A stretch of 63,679 nucleotides of DNA, filler included, from Octopus bimaculoides (lineage: Eukaryota), in the NCBI RefSeq assembly GCF_001194135.2. It is 7 parts of 6 records of this genome, joined end to end, with 100 filler letters (N's around TTAATTAATTAA, not from the genome) between each part and the next. Parts side by side here need not be neighbours in the genome. Positions count along the whole stretch, not along the records: positions 1 to 19,739 come from NC_068990.1; positions 19,840 to 33,297 come from NC_068989.1; 5 more parts are not named here. One strand, given 5' to 3'. A program made the position numbers and the translations under genes. This document shows, piece after piece, positions 11,580 to 26,617 of the stretch; within the stretch, counting starts at the first letter, position 1; each line of letters opens with the position of its first letter. The notes under the pieces were generated by a model. It made no database searches, was not told the DNA's origin, and saw nothing but the letters and a program-made list of their open reading frames with translations.

Positions 11580-12791
11580 ATAGATGGAAAGAGAGAGAGT
11601 GAGAGATAGGTAGATAGATATAGATATGTAAAGCACAATTTATTTGTGATCAGAGTCGTTCGTAAACTGAGGTACTATTGTATTAAATAAATATGAGAAA
11701 GACCGAAGATAAAGTATGATTTATTCATGATGAGAGGATCAGAGTTGTTCGAAAATCAAGGTTTTGCTGAATATATATATATATCAGGGTCATGCGATTT
11801 ATGCCCGAGACTGTTTCATTTCCGACTTGACCTTCTAAACCATGTCAGGTTTAAGCATCATGGAGGTACCAGATGAACCAAACTCGGTCACTAGTGTTGC
11901 CGACGACATAGTGATATTAGGATAAAAACGTTGTAGTATGTTGTCCAAAAGTCGTCCATATTTATTAGAGTAGACATGCACATGCCACTGGATGTACTTC
12001 AGAAATCCCATCGTTTCAAAACCGATACTTTTTTCTTGACTTATTTTCATACCTGTAGCTCATAGTTGATATGTTGCGCAATCAACTATCTTGTATCCAA
12101 GGTGTAGAATGAGGCACTTATGTGATTTTTTAAACTGATTCTTTGCTATAACGTCTCTCCATTTCAGAGATCTGTCTGAAAATGCTCGAATGTAACGTCT
12201 ACCAAACGATATATAATAACACAAAGTAAAAGAGCGAACAGATAGAACGAAAAACTTGTTTAAGAAGTCATTCCGGGTCCTATATGCAAACCTGGGTTAT
12301 ATTGCTTTTATGCACTAAAAGCATTTTTCCTGTTTATGTTCTCTCAAATCAAGTTACTTCTAAAATAGTAGCGCGTATTTTATGCCAACAAATATGGAGT
12401 TTTCTTTTAAAATGTCAATAAAGTTTTGTGGATTTACTAATGTGATCATTATCTTTATAATGATAATCAATATTCGTGTTTAAAGTTAACTTACTTAAAA
12501 GTGTAAACACTTTTTTTCTTATTCGCATATATTTTGAAAACTGATTAAATAAATGGAAGCAATTAACGTTTAATCGTCGATGTATGCTTATCCGTCAATT
12601 AAATTATTATATATATATATGTGTATATNNNNNNNNNNNNNNNNNNNNNNNNNNNNNNNNNNNNNNNNNNNNNNNNNNNNNNNNNNNNNNNNNNNNNNNN
12701 NNNNNNNNNNNNNNNNNNNNNNNNNNNNNNNNNNNNNNNNNNNNNNNNNNNNNNNNNNNNNNNNNNNNNNNNNNNNNNNNNNNNNNNNNNN

Positions 12792-12838
<47 letters not shown>

Positions 12839-13767
12839 CACATATACACGCACACACACACACATATATATATATATACTTGATATAATGTCAAGCCCAT
12901 ACTGATTAGGAAACGTTAATTATGGTCATTTATTCAATTATGCTTCGAAATATATATATACTAACAAGAGAAAAAATTGACTACTCTTTTGATACAATTA
13001 TCTTAATTATCATAATGAAAACATTGAAAGTATTAATAATTATTTAACAACAAATTTACAGTCTTCAGAATTGTCATTTATATATAAACGAGCAGCCTTC
13101 ACACTGATGGACGTCTTACAAAAATTATCAACACAATTTACATGAAAACACTGGTGACTTTATTGAAAATGAAGGCCACATTAGATGATGTAGCATTAAA
13201 AACGTTTTATGAAAACAGGCGCCAGATACATGGAACTTTTTTATTCAACAACTAGTTTAAACTAGTTGTTTACCATAGGGGTCATCTGATCAAATAGACT
13301 GGTAAATACTGTCATATAACAAAATATTTATCAACAAGTCCCTAGCGATTGTACATTTGCGTTCGCATACATATGCTCTTCTCGACTGTGTTATTTGAGC
13401 GTGCACCCAAAATTAAAATGCAATTGTGCAGTGAAGTATACAATGAAGTACATATTGCATAGTTACATTGTTATATTTTTCAGGTTTACTTTTATATAAT
13501 GGGGAAGATAAGTAAAATAAATAAATACAAATACTTTGATGCATTGTACTTGATTCAAGACTTTGTCTTATATTTTATATTATTTCCACTCTCCAAATTC
13601 ATTTCAACGGTCATCGGGAATTACCCCAATAAAATAACTTCCCTGTGTGGAACTACTGCTGTAAATCAAAGAGAGAAATAGCAAAGAGTTGAAAAAGGGA
13701 CAATAAATACTGAAGACTTAATTCAATGGCTGCTGATAATATAAAGGACTTACACACAATCAAATCA

Positions 13768-13805
<38 letters not shown>

Positions 13806-15828
13806 GTTCAGTANNNNNNNNNNNNNNNNNNNNNNNNNNNNNNNNNNNNNNNNNNNNNNNNNNNNNNNNNNNNNNNNNNNNNNNNNNNNNNNNNNNNNNN
13901 NNNNNNNNNNNNNGTATGTATGTATGTATGTATGAATGTATGTATGTATGCATGTATGTATCTTTGTATGCTACGTAGCAAAATATCATTCTTTCTTATC
14001 ATTGATTGTCTGAAGATATTCGTTTTTTTTATTTCAAGTTACTTTCTCTATTTGCCACTTTAAAATATTATTCCGACATTTTTGTTAAAATATTAAGCAA
14101 TTTTCATTTTTCAGAAAACTTAAATATTCACGAATGTGTGTGTGTGTGTGAGTGTGTGTGTGTGTGCGTGTTGATGTGTGTGCGTGCTTATCTGCGTGTA
14201 CGGGTACGTTTGTGTATGTATGTGTTCATGTGAATATGTGTATATGTGCTTNNNNNNNNNNNNNNNNNNNNNNNNNNNNNNNNNNNNNNNNNNNNNNNNN
14301 NNNNNNNNNNNNNNNNNNNNNNNNNNNNNNNNNNNNNNNNNNNNNNNNNNNNNNNNNNNNNNNNNNNNNNNNNNNNNNNNNNNNNNNNNNNNNNNNNNNN
14401 NNNNNNNNNNNNNNNNNNNNNNNNNNNNNNNNNNNNNNNNNNNNNNNNNNNNNNNNNNNNNNNNNNNNNNNNNNNNNNNNNNNNNNNNNNNNNNNNNNNN
14501 NNNNNNNNNNNNNNNNNNNNNNNNNNNNNNNNNNNNNNNNNNNNNNNNNNNNNNNNNNNNNNNNNNNNNNNNNNNNNNNNNNNNNNNNNNNNNNNNNNNN
14601 NNNNNNNNNNNNNNNNNNNNNNNNNNNNNNNNNNNNNNNNNNNNNNNNNNNNNNNNNNNNNNNNNNNNNNNNNNNNNNNNNNNNNNNNATATATATACAT
14701 ATATTCATATATGTATATATATATAAATATATATATATGTATGTATAAATGTATGTGTTTATGTATGTACGTGTGTATGTATAAATAATTATGACTGAAT
14801 AATTTGATTTGTTTAACACTCTCCTACCATCGAGGTGTTCAAAGTGTCCCCTACTAAATATTCTCTCTAGATGAAAATTTCTTGGCACTCGATTTTAATC
14901 TTCCTATGACTGGAAAATGACTTTATGACATCTGTGGCAATTTTTGGCATATATAGTAGTAATGAAATATATGCAAATGAATTGCCAAATTACTGAAACG
15001 TTTGTAGTGCGTGTTAAACTGGTATTATCATTTTATATTCATACTTATATGTGTGTTTGTATATATATAAAGTAGACGATTTTGTCGCCTTTTTTCGCTA
15101 CACACACATATATATTCATATGCATATTTTATATATCATTTTATTCCATATATATATATTATTTAAAAGCCATATCAAAAATTTGGAAACATTCAATTTT
15201 AAGAGTTAAATGTAGGAGATGACTTTCATTTTAACAAGTGATGAAACATATTTAAGAATAATGATTTGCGATTTTTCTGTATTTGTGCTCCCTTGCAAGA
15301 TGGTATTCGTTCAGCACCAGAATTATTAAAAGCATTGCAAAATCTAATGATAAAAATTGTTGCTTCCTTGGCTTAAATTAGATTTTCGATTAGAATAATT
15401 TAGAATACGTAGTTTAGGGAATTCTATTAATAATCTTCAATTCCATCAAACAAGATATTTTGAAAACTAATTATATAAGTAGAAATACTGTTATTGATTC
15501 TTTACCATCCCTCAGAATAGCTGACATATTGATGGGTCACTAAAGACACCATTTATCTGGGTAATTCAACTTAAACTTTTCAAAAAGAAACATAAGAATT
15601 TCGAGTAAACATTTTAAATTACTATGCTTGCGGTACAAAATGTGTCCTCGGCGTATTTTTTATCTTCTGAACTTCTTAACTAAGTTCAGAGGGCTGCAAG
15701 CGTTGTGTCCAACTAATATTATAATGTTACAACAACCATGAATTTACCAATTAAGAAATTTTCCAGTATTGTCTATGGGAAATATTATATTATAAACCAA
15801 CTAAAAAAGAATAGAGGGAGCTAATATA

Positions 15829-16038
15829 GGATTCAAATTTTGGCACAAGGCCAGCAGTTTTAGGTGAGGTGGAAATCGATTGCATCGACCCCAGTGCTCA
15901 ACTGGTACTTATTTTATTGACCCCGAAGTGATGAAGGGAAAAGTCGACCTCAGCGCAATTTGAGCTCAGAATATAAAAACGTACGAAAAACCGCTAAGTG
16001 TTTCGCCAGGCGTGCTAACAATTCTGCCAGCTCGCTGC
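15829..16038 (-). mobile_element. SINE family B
   Basis: Full-length homology to 7551-7763. Confidence 0.85.
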
Positions 16039-16593
16039 TATGGAGGGAGTTAATATTCACTTCTAATGCAGAAAATTGATGTCTAAACAATCTATTGTTT
16101 AACATATCTATGCTGAAATGTGGCCATTAATATTGCTTCCTTTTATCGTCAGCTTTTACAATTTTTTCTTCATTCATTGAGTCAAAAAACCTTCGAGAAA
16201 GCTTCTCAAAATGTCCGCTGAGTAAAGACGGATGTCACTAAAGATACTGCATAAAAACATATATTATAAAAACATTTATTTTGAAATATTGATTGCTCAA
16301 TATTGGCGCAAATTTTTGTCAAAAACTCAATGAAAGACATACAACAGGATGATCTATTAGAATTTTCCACATCCCGGAGTAATTGCCTTCATCACAGTAT
16401 AGAGTCCAGCCCGCACTGGTATGGTAAATGCGCACCTGGGGACCAAATCAGGAACTTCTATGTCCTTGCTCATACAAGTGTGTATCACGGAATTAAATGG
16501 CCGTTGATTCATCTTACTTCATCCAAAATTCCATGAGTTTTATTTTTTCATGCAGTGGCCGATCCAAAATGCACACCAGTCACCAAACAGGCT

Positions 16594-16801
16594 CTGTTGG
16601 AAAATTCTGTGCTAGGTCACGTGTTACCAGTTGCTCTCAACAGCGATCTGTCACACACACGCATACACACACATACACACACACTCACACACATATATAT
16701 ATGTGTGTGAGTGTGTGTGTATGTGTGTGTATGCGTGTGTGTGACAGATCGCTGTTGAGAGCAACTGGTAACACGTGACCTAGCACAGAATTTTCCAACA
16801 G
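16594..16801. repeat. Perfect 208-bp palindrome centred on (AT)n and ending at a gap
   Basis: The 104-bp arms are exact reverse complements, centred at 16697/16698. Confidence 0.95.
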
Positions 16802-17799
16802 NNNNNNNNNNNNNNNNNNNNNNNNNNNNNNNNNNNNNNNNNNNNNNNNNNNNNNNNNNNNNNNNNNNNNNNNNNNNNNNNNNNNNNNNNNNNNNNNNNN
16901 NNNNNNNNNNNNNNNNNNNNNNNNNNNNNNNNNNNNNNNNNNNNNNNNNNNNNNNNNNNNNNNNNNNNNNNNNNNNNNNNNNNNNNNNNNNNNNNNNNNN
17001 NNNNNNNNNNNNNNNNNNNNNNNNNNNNNNNNNNNNNNNNNNNNNNNNNNNNNNNNNNNNNNNNNNNNNNNNNNNNNNNNNNNNNNNNNNNNNNNNNNNN
17101 NNNNNNNNNNNNNNNNNNNNNNNNNNNNNNNNNNNNNNNNNNNNNNNNNNNNNNNNNNNNNNNNNNNNNNNNNNNNNNNNNNNNNNNNNNNNNNNNNNNN
17201 NNNNNNNNNNNNNNNNNNNNNNNNNNNNNNNNNNNNNNNNNNNNNNNNNNNNNNNNNNTATATATAAATGTGTGTATGTATGTATGTATGTATATATATA
17301 TGCACATACATAGATACATTTAGGTTTCTGTGCGTGTGTGTCTGTGTGTCTTTATATATATGTCAATATATACATCAATGTCATTGCTAGACCGTGTGGA
17401 AATGATAACCTAATCACTCACATCTGACTCACACTTGCATGAGTAGAGAAAACAGAATTGGTTCACGTAGATTAACAAGCTACTCTGTTAGTGAATAAAA
17501 CAAGCTGACAAGCTGTCATTTACGCTTAAATATCTATGATACACACAGCTAACTAATGTTTAAATAACAACCACAGTGAAAACTATTTCGCATGCATTAA
17601 CTACGCGTCATATTGAGCAATAATATTACTCCACATAAAACTGCTATTGTTTTATATCCCCTGTTCTTTAACGCAATGCTTACTTCATGTAGAGTATACA
17701 TTGTGTTACTGCAAAATGCTAGCAATGGCTGCTAAACTTTCTTACATCGCATTTTATCGATAAATTGGAAGAATATAGTGTGGACCGTAGTTTTGACAG

Positions 17800-18150
17800 T
17801 GTTCAATATACACATAATATAGCCTTTTCCGTTTGTTTTCCCGTCTTGGTTTCTGTCCGCCACTGCATTCCTCCATGGTACAAATTTAACTTGTGGATAC
17901 AAATTTAATTTGTGGTCCGTGGGAAGAGCAATTTTAACGGTGCGTCCTGTCCTAACTCTTCGAAACGCCTGTGTTAGAATGGTGGCAGCTGATGAAAGAA
18001 AATGTTCTCTATGTAGCCTGTGTGTTTTCTGTACTCTGGTTATTATTATATTTTTGTCTACGTTTTGTTTGCAACGTCCTGTGCCCAGATATGCACCTAT
18101 ATATACAGGTAGATGTAGGTATGCACATACTTGTACGTATATGTGCATAT
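17800..18150. mobile_element. Interspersed repeat, possibly a Penelope-like terminal segment
   Basis: Contains CGAAACG...CTGATGA. Resembles a recurrent cephalopod repeat from memory; classification unverified. Confidence 0.3.
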
Positions 18151-18925
18151 ACTCATTTATTATTTGTTATATATATATATATATATATGCATAATAAGAA
18201 CAGAGAGGAACACATTATCATAATTTGTTTGACCTGGTTTAGCGTGGAGTTATACAACGGAATATATTTTATTGTATATTTGCTTACATAGAATAATTGC
18301 GTGCAGTTTTAAAGAGGAATCGAACGAAAGATTTTCAAATAAATATTTCCAATATCTGTTAAACACATTTTTTTATATCCAGATTTGAATATAAAATTAT
18401 TTTTTTTACGAAAATATTGTTTTGTTTTAAAAGCCATTTCCCAGAGTAGACACGAGCAAAAAGTTGTTAAACAGAATTTTAGTAGTTACTTAAAATACAT
18501 AAATGAACATCACTCTTCTTCATTCGCTTTGTACATTGGTAATATAAACAAGTCAACAACATCAGTTTTTTTTTGTTTTTTTTTATGATCAAACGTCGGT
18601 AATGTAAACTAACCCCCATTAATAGAATAACGATATTTTTGTATACAGCACTGAGTTCATCCTAACTTCTTATATATATACATATATATTTACTTCGCGT
18701 ATATTTACTGTTTGATAAATATGATCATTCAAGAGTTAATTATATTTGACAATGATACAACTAAAAAACCCCACCACGTGACTTGATTTAACTCTGTAAT
18801 TTCTGTCTCTTTCTTTATACCCCCTTCTCTCTCTCTCCCTCTCTCTTTTACTCCTCTTCCAGATTAAAAGCTAAAGCGAAAGTGTTGCATACATTGTGAT
18901 ACAGAGACTGTTTGATGTGTGTATG

Positions 18926-18963
<38 letters not shown>

Positions 18964-19503
18964 NNNNNNNNNNTGTGTATGTATATATATATATATACTT
19001 ATAAAATAAAACAATCGGTTATTAAACAATATGTCCAGAAACACGCTAAAGCCGAACACACTACGTTATTGGTTTACTTCAAAGAATACACTGACATATC
19101 AATCGTAATGAGAGTATGAATTTGATGTTAAAATTGTATCATAGTAGAAAAAAACACCACTCCTGTCGTTATACATACTTACATACGTTCATACATATAT
19201 ACCTATAAACATACATACATGCATACATACATACATACATGCATACATAAATAGATACGTTTCAACACACACGCAATGCATATATCTTTACAGATATGGA
19301 TATACACATATGCACATGCATATGTGTTTGTGTGTGAATGGGTCATTACAGCGTGTTACGGAAGTGTTATCTTTCTCTAACTCAGTAACACAGATATATC
19401 TATTGAGATCAGTTTCCCAACTCTCACTCTCTTCGTATGTTGTGTTTATGTACTAGTGTGTGTTTGTATGTATACACCCACACACACACACACACACACA
19501 CAT

Positions 19504-19601
<98 letters not shown>

Positions 19602-19783
19602 TTGTGTGATGAACATATGTCTATAAAGGTAAATTGAATATACATTCATATACACGCACACTCAGGCATACATATACATATATCTATACATACATACAAA
19701 CACACACTTATATATGTTTGTCTATATATATGTATATATNNNNNNNNNNNNNNNNNNNNNNNNNNNNNNNNNNNNNNNNNNNN

Positions 19784-19795
19784 TTAATTAATTAA
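19784..19795. other. Assembly linker TTAATTAATTAA inside a 100-bp gap (also 33342, 36348, 39795, 46926, 56923)
   Basis: The identical 12-mer sits between 44-N flanks six times and has stop codons in all six frames. Confidence 0.93.
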
Positions 19796-20706
19796 NNNNN
19801 NNNNNNNNNNNNNNNNNNNNNNNNNNNNNNNNNNNNNNNTATATATATATATGCATGTATGTATGTATATAAGCATGTATGTTTGTATGTGTGTATATAA
19901 TATATAATGACTATATAACGAAGCTACTTCCGGCAGATCCACTCTATATTAAATGAAGGCCAGTAGCAAGCCATTACACACGTATATTGCAATTAATATC
20001 TTCTGTAAGAAGTGAAACCGGTTTGAAATTATTTACTTTGATGTAGCTTCGTAATTATGAACTTTGAAGAATTTAATAAGGTATTTTGAAATGATCTGAA
20101 TGTACACTGGAATCCGTAATCTTGAAATGATTCGATTGTAGAATTGCATTTTGAATATGAGATGATATTTCGGAATATCTAATAATGTCTTTTTGAAATA
20201 ATTTGATTGCGATAATCTGTTTTTCAATGCATATTATTGTATTTTGAAATGATTTGACTGTAATAATATACTTTGGAACTAATTCACTGCAATATAAGAG
20301 GATAAACGCATTTTCTTCCTCCTGTTATCATTTTCCCATATCTCCCTACTTGTAAAGAATGACTTTAACATTCTCTCTCTCGCTGTATATATATATATAT
20401 NNNNNNNNNNNNNNNNNNNNNNNNNNNNNNNNNNNNNNNNNNNNNNNNNNNNNNNNNNNNNNNNNNNNNNNNNNNNNNNNNNNNNNNNNNNNNNNNNNNN
20501 NNNNNNNNNNNNNNNNNNNNNNNNNNNNNNNNNNNNNNNNNNNNNNNNNNNNNNNNNNNNNNNNNNNNNNNNNNNNNNNNNNNNNNNNNNNNNNNNNNNN
20601 NNNNNNNNNNNNNNNNNNNNNNNNNNNNNNNNNNNNNNNNNNNNNNNNNNNNNNNNNNNNNNNNNNNNNNNNNNNNNNNNNNNNNNNNNNNNNNNNNNNN
20701 NNNNNN

Positions 20707-20745
<39 letters not shown>

Positions 20746-21779
20746 ATATGTGTGTGTTTGCGTGTGTGTAGTGAAAAATGTGCTGCAAGGGTTTTCTTTA
20801 CACTGTTCAGTAAGCGTTCTCTTCTTTTCACACGGATATCACAAATTAGTCATGAAAATTTTATTATAGTTTCAGAGTTACAGTGGTTTTAACTCTTGCT
20901 CCGCAACTAGGAATCCATTGAGACAACACCAGCAATCCAACTCTAATACAATTTGTACAGAACCACTACGAGAGAATGCTTTACAAACGGAGTAAAATAT
21001 GAAGCAGACGTTTAATCTGGAAACCGCAGCGGAAAAAAAAAGAAAACCTTGATCGTGTTAACTGTGTATATCTTTACAGATGTTAAACAGAGGAACACTT
21101 ATTGTCTTTGCTGCAGCGACTGGTGTCATATCACATCCGCTTTGAAATATATTTTAATTCAAAAAGAGGCAGAAGTGGGTGATCTTACGGTAAAGTAAGA
21201 ATTGTTGAAAATGCACTAACTCTTGGCCAAACAACGTTCAAATTCGAGCCAGCGTTTGTGAAACGTCATAAGTAATGATACTAACTGGGTACATCATGTA
21301 CAGGAAAGGAGAAAGATGGTTGCCTTGTCTTCAAGTAAAGAAATAGACGCTGCAAGCATTCCAGTTTCTTCTTGAAATCTAGGACTTTCTATATTGACGG
21401 AACTTTCAGTCTAATCGTTGGGTATCAGGATATATTACCTGCTATTTAAGCGAAATTTTGAGGATCATTAACAAGTTGAGTAACCTCAAATTATTAAGCC
21501 AGATATAATCTTATGGCAAGTTAAAATATGTTCTGATGTTACTAGGGGAATAGAGAAAGTTACTGAGTAACTCAAGGGGTAAGAGTTTCGTACACCGGTA
21601 TTTATCGAGCATGAAGTGAGTCCGTTAAGTGCCAATGCACGAAATTCGTGGACTCTGAATCATTGATAAATGCCAGTTCATGAAATTCTTGACTTTTGGG
21701 TCTCTCTCTCTCTAACTTCTGTTAAGTAATTAACATACATACATGCATGCATATATAAATACATACATACATACATACA

Positions 21780-21810
<31 letters not shown>

Positions 21811-23512
21811 GAAATTAGAGGGAAAATGGAGGAAATGAGATCAGGAATGAAACACCTCTCGACAGCCATCTGGATCAGATTGAGGGTAACTTCGAATACA
21901 TAATAACATATAACCACTTTTATGCAAGTGCTAGTGATGGTAAACTTCATTGACGTAGCGCTCATCACAAATTAGAATCTGAAGACGAAAAATACGAGTG
22001 AGACAGAAACTTAAGGACAAAAATATATATGAGAGATTTTTATAGAGAGAAAGAAAAAAAAACGAAAACTGTATTGACTTTCGAATTTACATGCAAATCA
22101 AATTATAGATGTTGCTAATGCGAACAGAAGGATCGAGATGTGAGGTTTTTCGAGATAGAAAATGGATGAGAGAAACCGTGAACGAGGAGAATAAAAAAAA
22201 TTAAGAGGCTGTAAGAGAATGTGAAAGAGGAAATAAAGGTAGGTAACAGAGATTGCTTGCAGTGTATATATCTATACTAGAAAGCAATGCAGCCATCTTT
22301 CTCCTCTCCTGTACATCATAGAGCCACACACATTTCACATACATACGCTGGTTAGAACTCGCACGTTGCTGGCGTTAATGCATTTTGAATAATACTTAGT
22401 TTACTGTAAGATTGCCCTTCTTTTGCATCATTCAGAATTACAATACAGGACAAGATAACGATGCGAATAAGATGATGGGAATATAACTTAGAACCTGTAA
22501 TAACGCCAGGAGCTTTGGAACGTGTGAACTGGATGAAACTGAACGTGAGAAGGGGCGAATGACCACGAAACATTTTCGATCTTAAGTAAGATACGCAGTA
22601 GATCAAGTAGAATATATGATAATATAAATAAATAGATATGCATATATNNNNNNNNNNNNNNNNNNNNNNNNNNNNNNNNNNNNNNNNNNNNNNNNNNNNN
22701 NNNNNNNNNNNNNNNNNNNNNNNNNNNNNNNNNNNNNNNNNNNNNNNNNNNNNNNNNNNNNNNNNNNNNNNNNNNNNNNNNNNNNNNNNNNNNNNNNNNN
22801 NNNNNNNNNNNNNNNNNNNNNNNNNNNNNNNNNNNNNNNNNNNNNNNNNNNNNNNNNNNNNNNNNNNNNNNNNNNNNNNNNNNNNNNNNNNNNNNNNNNN
22901 NNNNNNNNNNNNNNNNNNNNNNNNNNNNNNNNNNNNNNNNNNNNNNNNNNNNNNNNNNNNNNNNNNNNNNNNNNNNNNNNNNNNNNNNNNNNNNNNNNNN
23001 NNNNNNNNNNNNNNNNNNNNNNNNNNNNNNNNNNNNNNNNNNNNNNNNNNNNNNNNNNNNNNNNNNNNNNNNNNNNNNNNNNNNNNNNNNNNNNNNNNNN
23101 NNNNNNNNNNNNNNNNNNNNNNNNNNNNNNNNNNNNNNNNNNNNNNNNNNNNNNNNNNNNNNNNNNNNNNNNNNNNNNNNNNNNNNNNNNNNNNNNNNNN
23201 NNNNNNNNNNNNNNNNNNNNNNNNNNNNNNNNNNNNNNNNNNNNNNNNNNNNNNNNNNNNNNNNNNNNNNNNNNNNNNNNNNNNNNNNNNNNNNNNNNNN
23301 NNNNNNNNNNNNNNNNNNNNNNNNNNNNNNNNNNNNNNNNNNNNNNNNNNNNNNNNNNNNNNNNNNNNNNNNNNNNNNNNNNNNNNNNNNNNNNNNNNNN
23401 NNNNNNNNNNNNNNNNNNNNNNNNNNNNNNNNNNNNNNNNNNNNNNNNNNNNNNNNNNNNNNNNNNNNNNNNNNNNNNNNNNNNNNNNNNNNNNNNNNNN
23501 NNNNNNNNNNNN

Positions 23513-24248
23513 TGAGTTAAGGCATATCTATAGGTCTTGTTTCACGCGCTGTGCTACTTGTTTACCGGGGCTGAGCCATTCCTTACACTGCTTCATATTG
23601 ATGTACAGGCACCATTTTTCGTCGCCTGTAACGATTTGGTAAAGAAATAGTTGCTTGTATCCATGAGTTGAGCGGTGACGACGAGCAAGCAAACCAGCGG
23701 AGATTCTAACTCGTTGATTGTTGTTGTTGTCACTTAAAGCATGCGGGACCCATGCTTTATTCTTCTGAACCTTTCCCATCGAGTGAAGATGCTTCTTTAT
23801 AGCAGTGTGGGAGCGTTCCATTTTTTCTGCCAGTTCCCTTGTCGTTTGTCGAGAATTTTAGTGCGAAAGTTGGCTTAATCGCCCTTCATCGAACTCAACT
23901 GGACAGCCAGAACGAGGTGCATCTTTGAAGTCAAAATTTCCATTTTTGAACTTGCTATACCAATCACAGGCGGTTCTTTTAGCTATGGCACCCTCTCCAT
24001 ACACAGCACAAATGTCGCGAGCAGCCTTTGCGGCGTTAGAACCTTGATTAAAAGCAAAAAGAAGGAGGTGTTGAAAATGCTCGTTTTTCTTAACTTGACA
24101 TTCCATTTTAATGATCTGAAAATAAACAAAAATTAACTAAAATTAACTAGAAAAAGAACAAAAGTGATTCCAAAATATCGAAAAAAAAAAATAGATTCCA
24201 GAATTCAAACAGGCAAGAAATTTCAAAATTAAAAAAACAAAAGACGGC
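23513..24248 (-). mobile_element. Mariner transposon 5' half with decayed transposase
   Basis: From ATG 24106: MECQVKKNEHFQHLLLFAFNQG...PRSGCP (HTH) ...WVPHAL...IVTGDEKWCLYIN (WVPHxL motif and first catalytic D). There is an in-frame stop, and both ends run into gaps. Confidence 0.95.
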
Positions 24249-24699
24249 NNNNNNNNNNNNNNNNNNNNNNNNNNNNNNNNNNNNNNNNNNNNNNNNNNNN
24301 NNNNNNNNNNNNNNNNNNNNNNNNNNNNNNNNNNNNNNNNNNNNNNNNNNNNNNNNNNNNNNNNNNNATATATATATATATATATATACATATACATACA
24401 TACAAACACACTGACGTACTTTTTATTAGATCCGAACTTAACCCCACTATTTGTTATTCAGGGTTTCACGTTACCGGCCATCAGACGGTTGCGATAATAA
24501 AAACTAGTGAACAAATTTTATAAATTGTGAAGATATATAAACGTTTATGGGTGTTTACAGTCAGTATTTTATTCTACCCGGCGTCATTACTTGTGTGTGC
24601 CTAGGTGTGCATATATTTATATATATATACATGTATGAGTTAAACTGGTATAGGTATATATATATGTGTGCATATATAGTGTTTGAAGTAGTGTACAGA

Positions 24700-25050
<351 letters not shown>

Positions 25051-25646
25051 TATTTATACACCAGAGATAAGCATATTTCTGTTTGTGAGTGTAGAATGAA
25101 TTAATATTATACCTCATAATACAACTACTTATTTTACGCTTCATTTCAGCCAATATACATACAACAGTTTCATTTTCTCGAAATTTCATACTTCAGTACT
25201 TCTTACAGGGCCTACATACAACCGAATGGAAACTTATAAATTCACATCCACGTGCTTTAAATTATATACTTATTGTTTACGCATGTAAACATAAATATAA
25301 TACACATGTAAACATAAATATAATATTTGCATACGTATGTGCTGCGCGCGCGTGTGTGTGCGTGCGTGTGGATGTGTGCAGGTGTGAATAACTGCGTGGA
25401 TGTATGTGTGTGCATGTGTGCCACTGAGTGTGCGTGCGCGTTAGTGGTGTATGTGGTTTTTGTCTTTTATGTGAGTATGTAAATATTTATTTCTACATGT
25501 ATCTATTATCTGTCAGGGCATATATTCATACACACACATGCGCGCGCACACTCACGTACACACATACACACATTATTACGTGCGTGTATGTGTAAACATG
25601 TATATGTATATCTACCTATCTATATATCAATCTCTCTCTCTCTCTT

Positions 25647-25680
<34 letters not shown>

Positions 25681-25690
25681 NNNNNNNNNN

Positions 25691-25727
<37 letters not shown>

Positions 25728-26534
25728 CGTATATATAGATCTTTCGTGTATGTTTGTATACACACACAGAGAAATATATACCTGTCTATCAATGTATCTA
25801 CCTACACATGTATGTACGTCGAAAGTTAGACATACCCTAATGTGATGCCAAAATTTTAACATCCAGTTCGATAAGCTACCCTACTATTACTGACTGGTTC
25901 GCGAAGCCAGCCCGATTTTCACCATAAATTCCGTAAAATCTTTGAGTTTGTCAATAAAATGTGACTTTATGAATATAATATTAAAATACCCTAATATCTG
26001 GATTCAAAATAAGCTGGTGTCGAAATGCGCCTGAAGGGAAAGAAAAAATAGTGAATATTATATATATGTACAGAACACTGGCAAAGTTTATTTGATGCTA
26101 CTACAGATTACACAATATAATGTTTCATTGGTTTGAGAAAGAGAGAGGGAGAGGGAGGGAGACAGAGAGATGGTAAGAGGTTGACACGATATGGGGAAAT
26201 GGCCAATATGATGGATGTTAGAGAGACACATCCATCAAACAGCCCCTTGAAAAGATATGGTTTAGGTGAGGGAGAGGGGGGGTAATACCTGCAATGGTAT
26301 GCTGTCAGCTTAATGTGACAGCCCCAGGAAATGAATAATACTACTGCTATTTAGCCCTGGGAAGCAGCACCGCTTCCACTCAGCCTTGACACATTTCTTG
26401 TGTCCTTATGTTTACAAGGGGGTGGGATAAGCACCTCCACCCAGCTAAGCCTGCATCCAGAGACTAGTTTCTGAGTATTTGCTGTTCTTCAGTCTGGAGT
26501 AGCATGGTCTGCTAGTTGAAGATGAGATCGAACC

Positions 26535-26617
26535 AGTACGCAACTGGTACTTAATTTATCGACCCTAAAAGGATGAAAGGCAAAGTCGCACCTCGGTGGA
26601 ATTTGAACTCAGAACGT
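26535..26617 (-). mobile_element. SINE family B central fragment
   Basis: CTGGTACTTAATTTATCGACCC..AAGGATGAAAGGCAAAGTCG...GAATTTGAACTCAGAACG. Confidence 0.75.

Noticed and set aside
11725-11780. ATGATGAG...CGAAA hammerhead-like string, and a short GATCAGAGT(C/T)GTTCG direct repeat
   Set aside because: C3 is missing and the stems are weak; compatible with chance.
12053-12070. In-frame TGA as selenocysteine
   Set aside because: No recognisable selenoprotein motif and no SECIS identified; the exon itself is unverified.
17950-18000. CGAAAC...CTGATGA as a type II hammerhead
   Set aside because: Stems I and II do not pair convincingly.
22352-22606. 84-aa ORF with a hydrophobic stretch as a first exon
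   Set aside because: Several frames are open, the splice sites are weak, and there is no recognisable homology.
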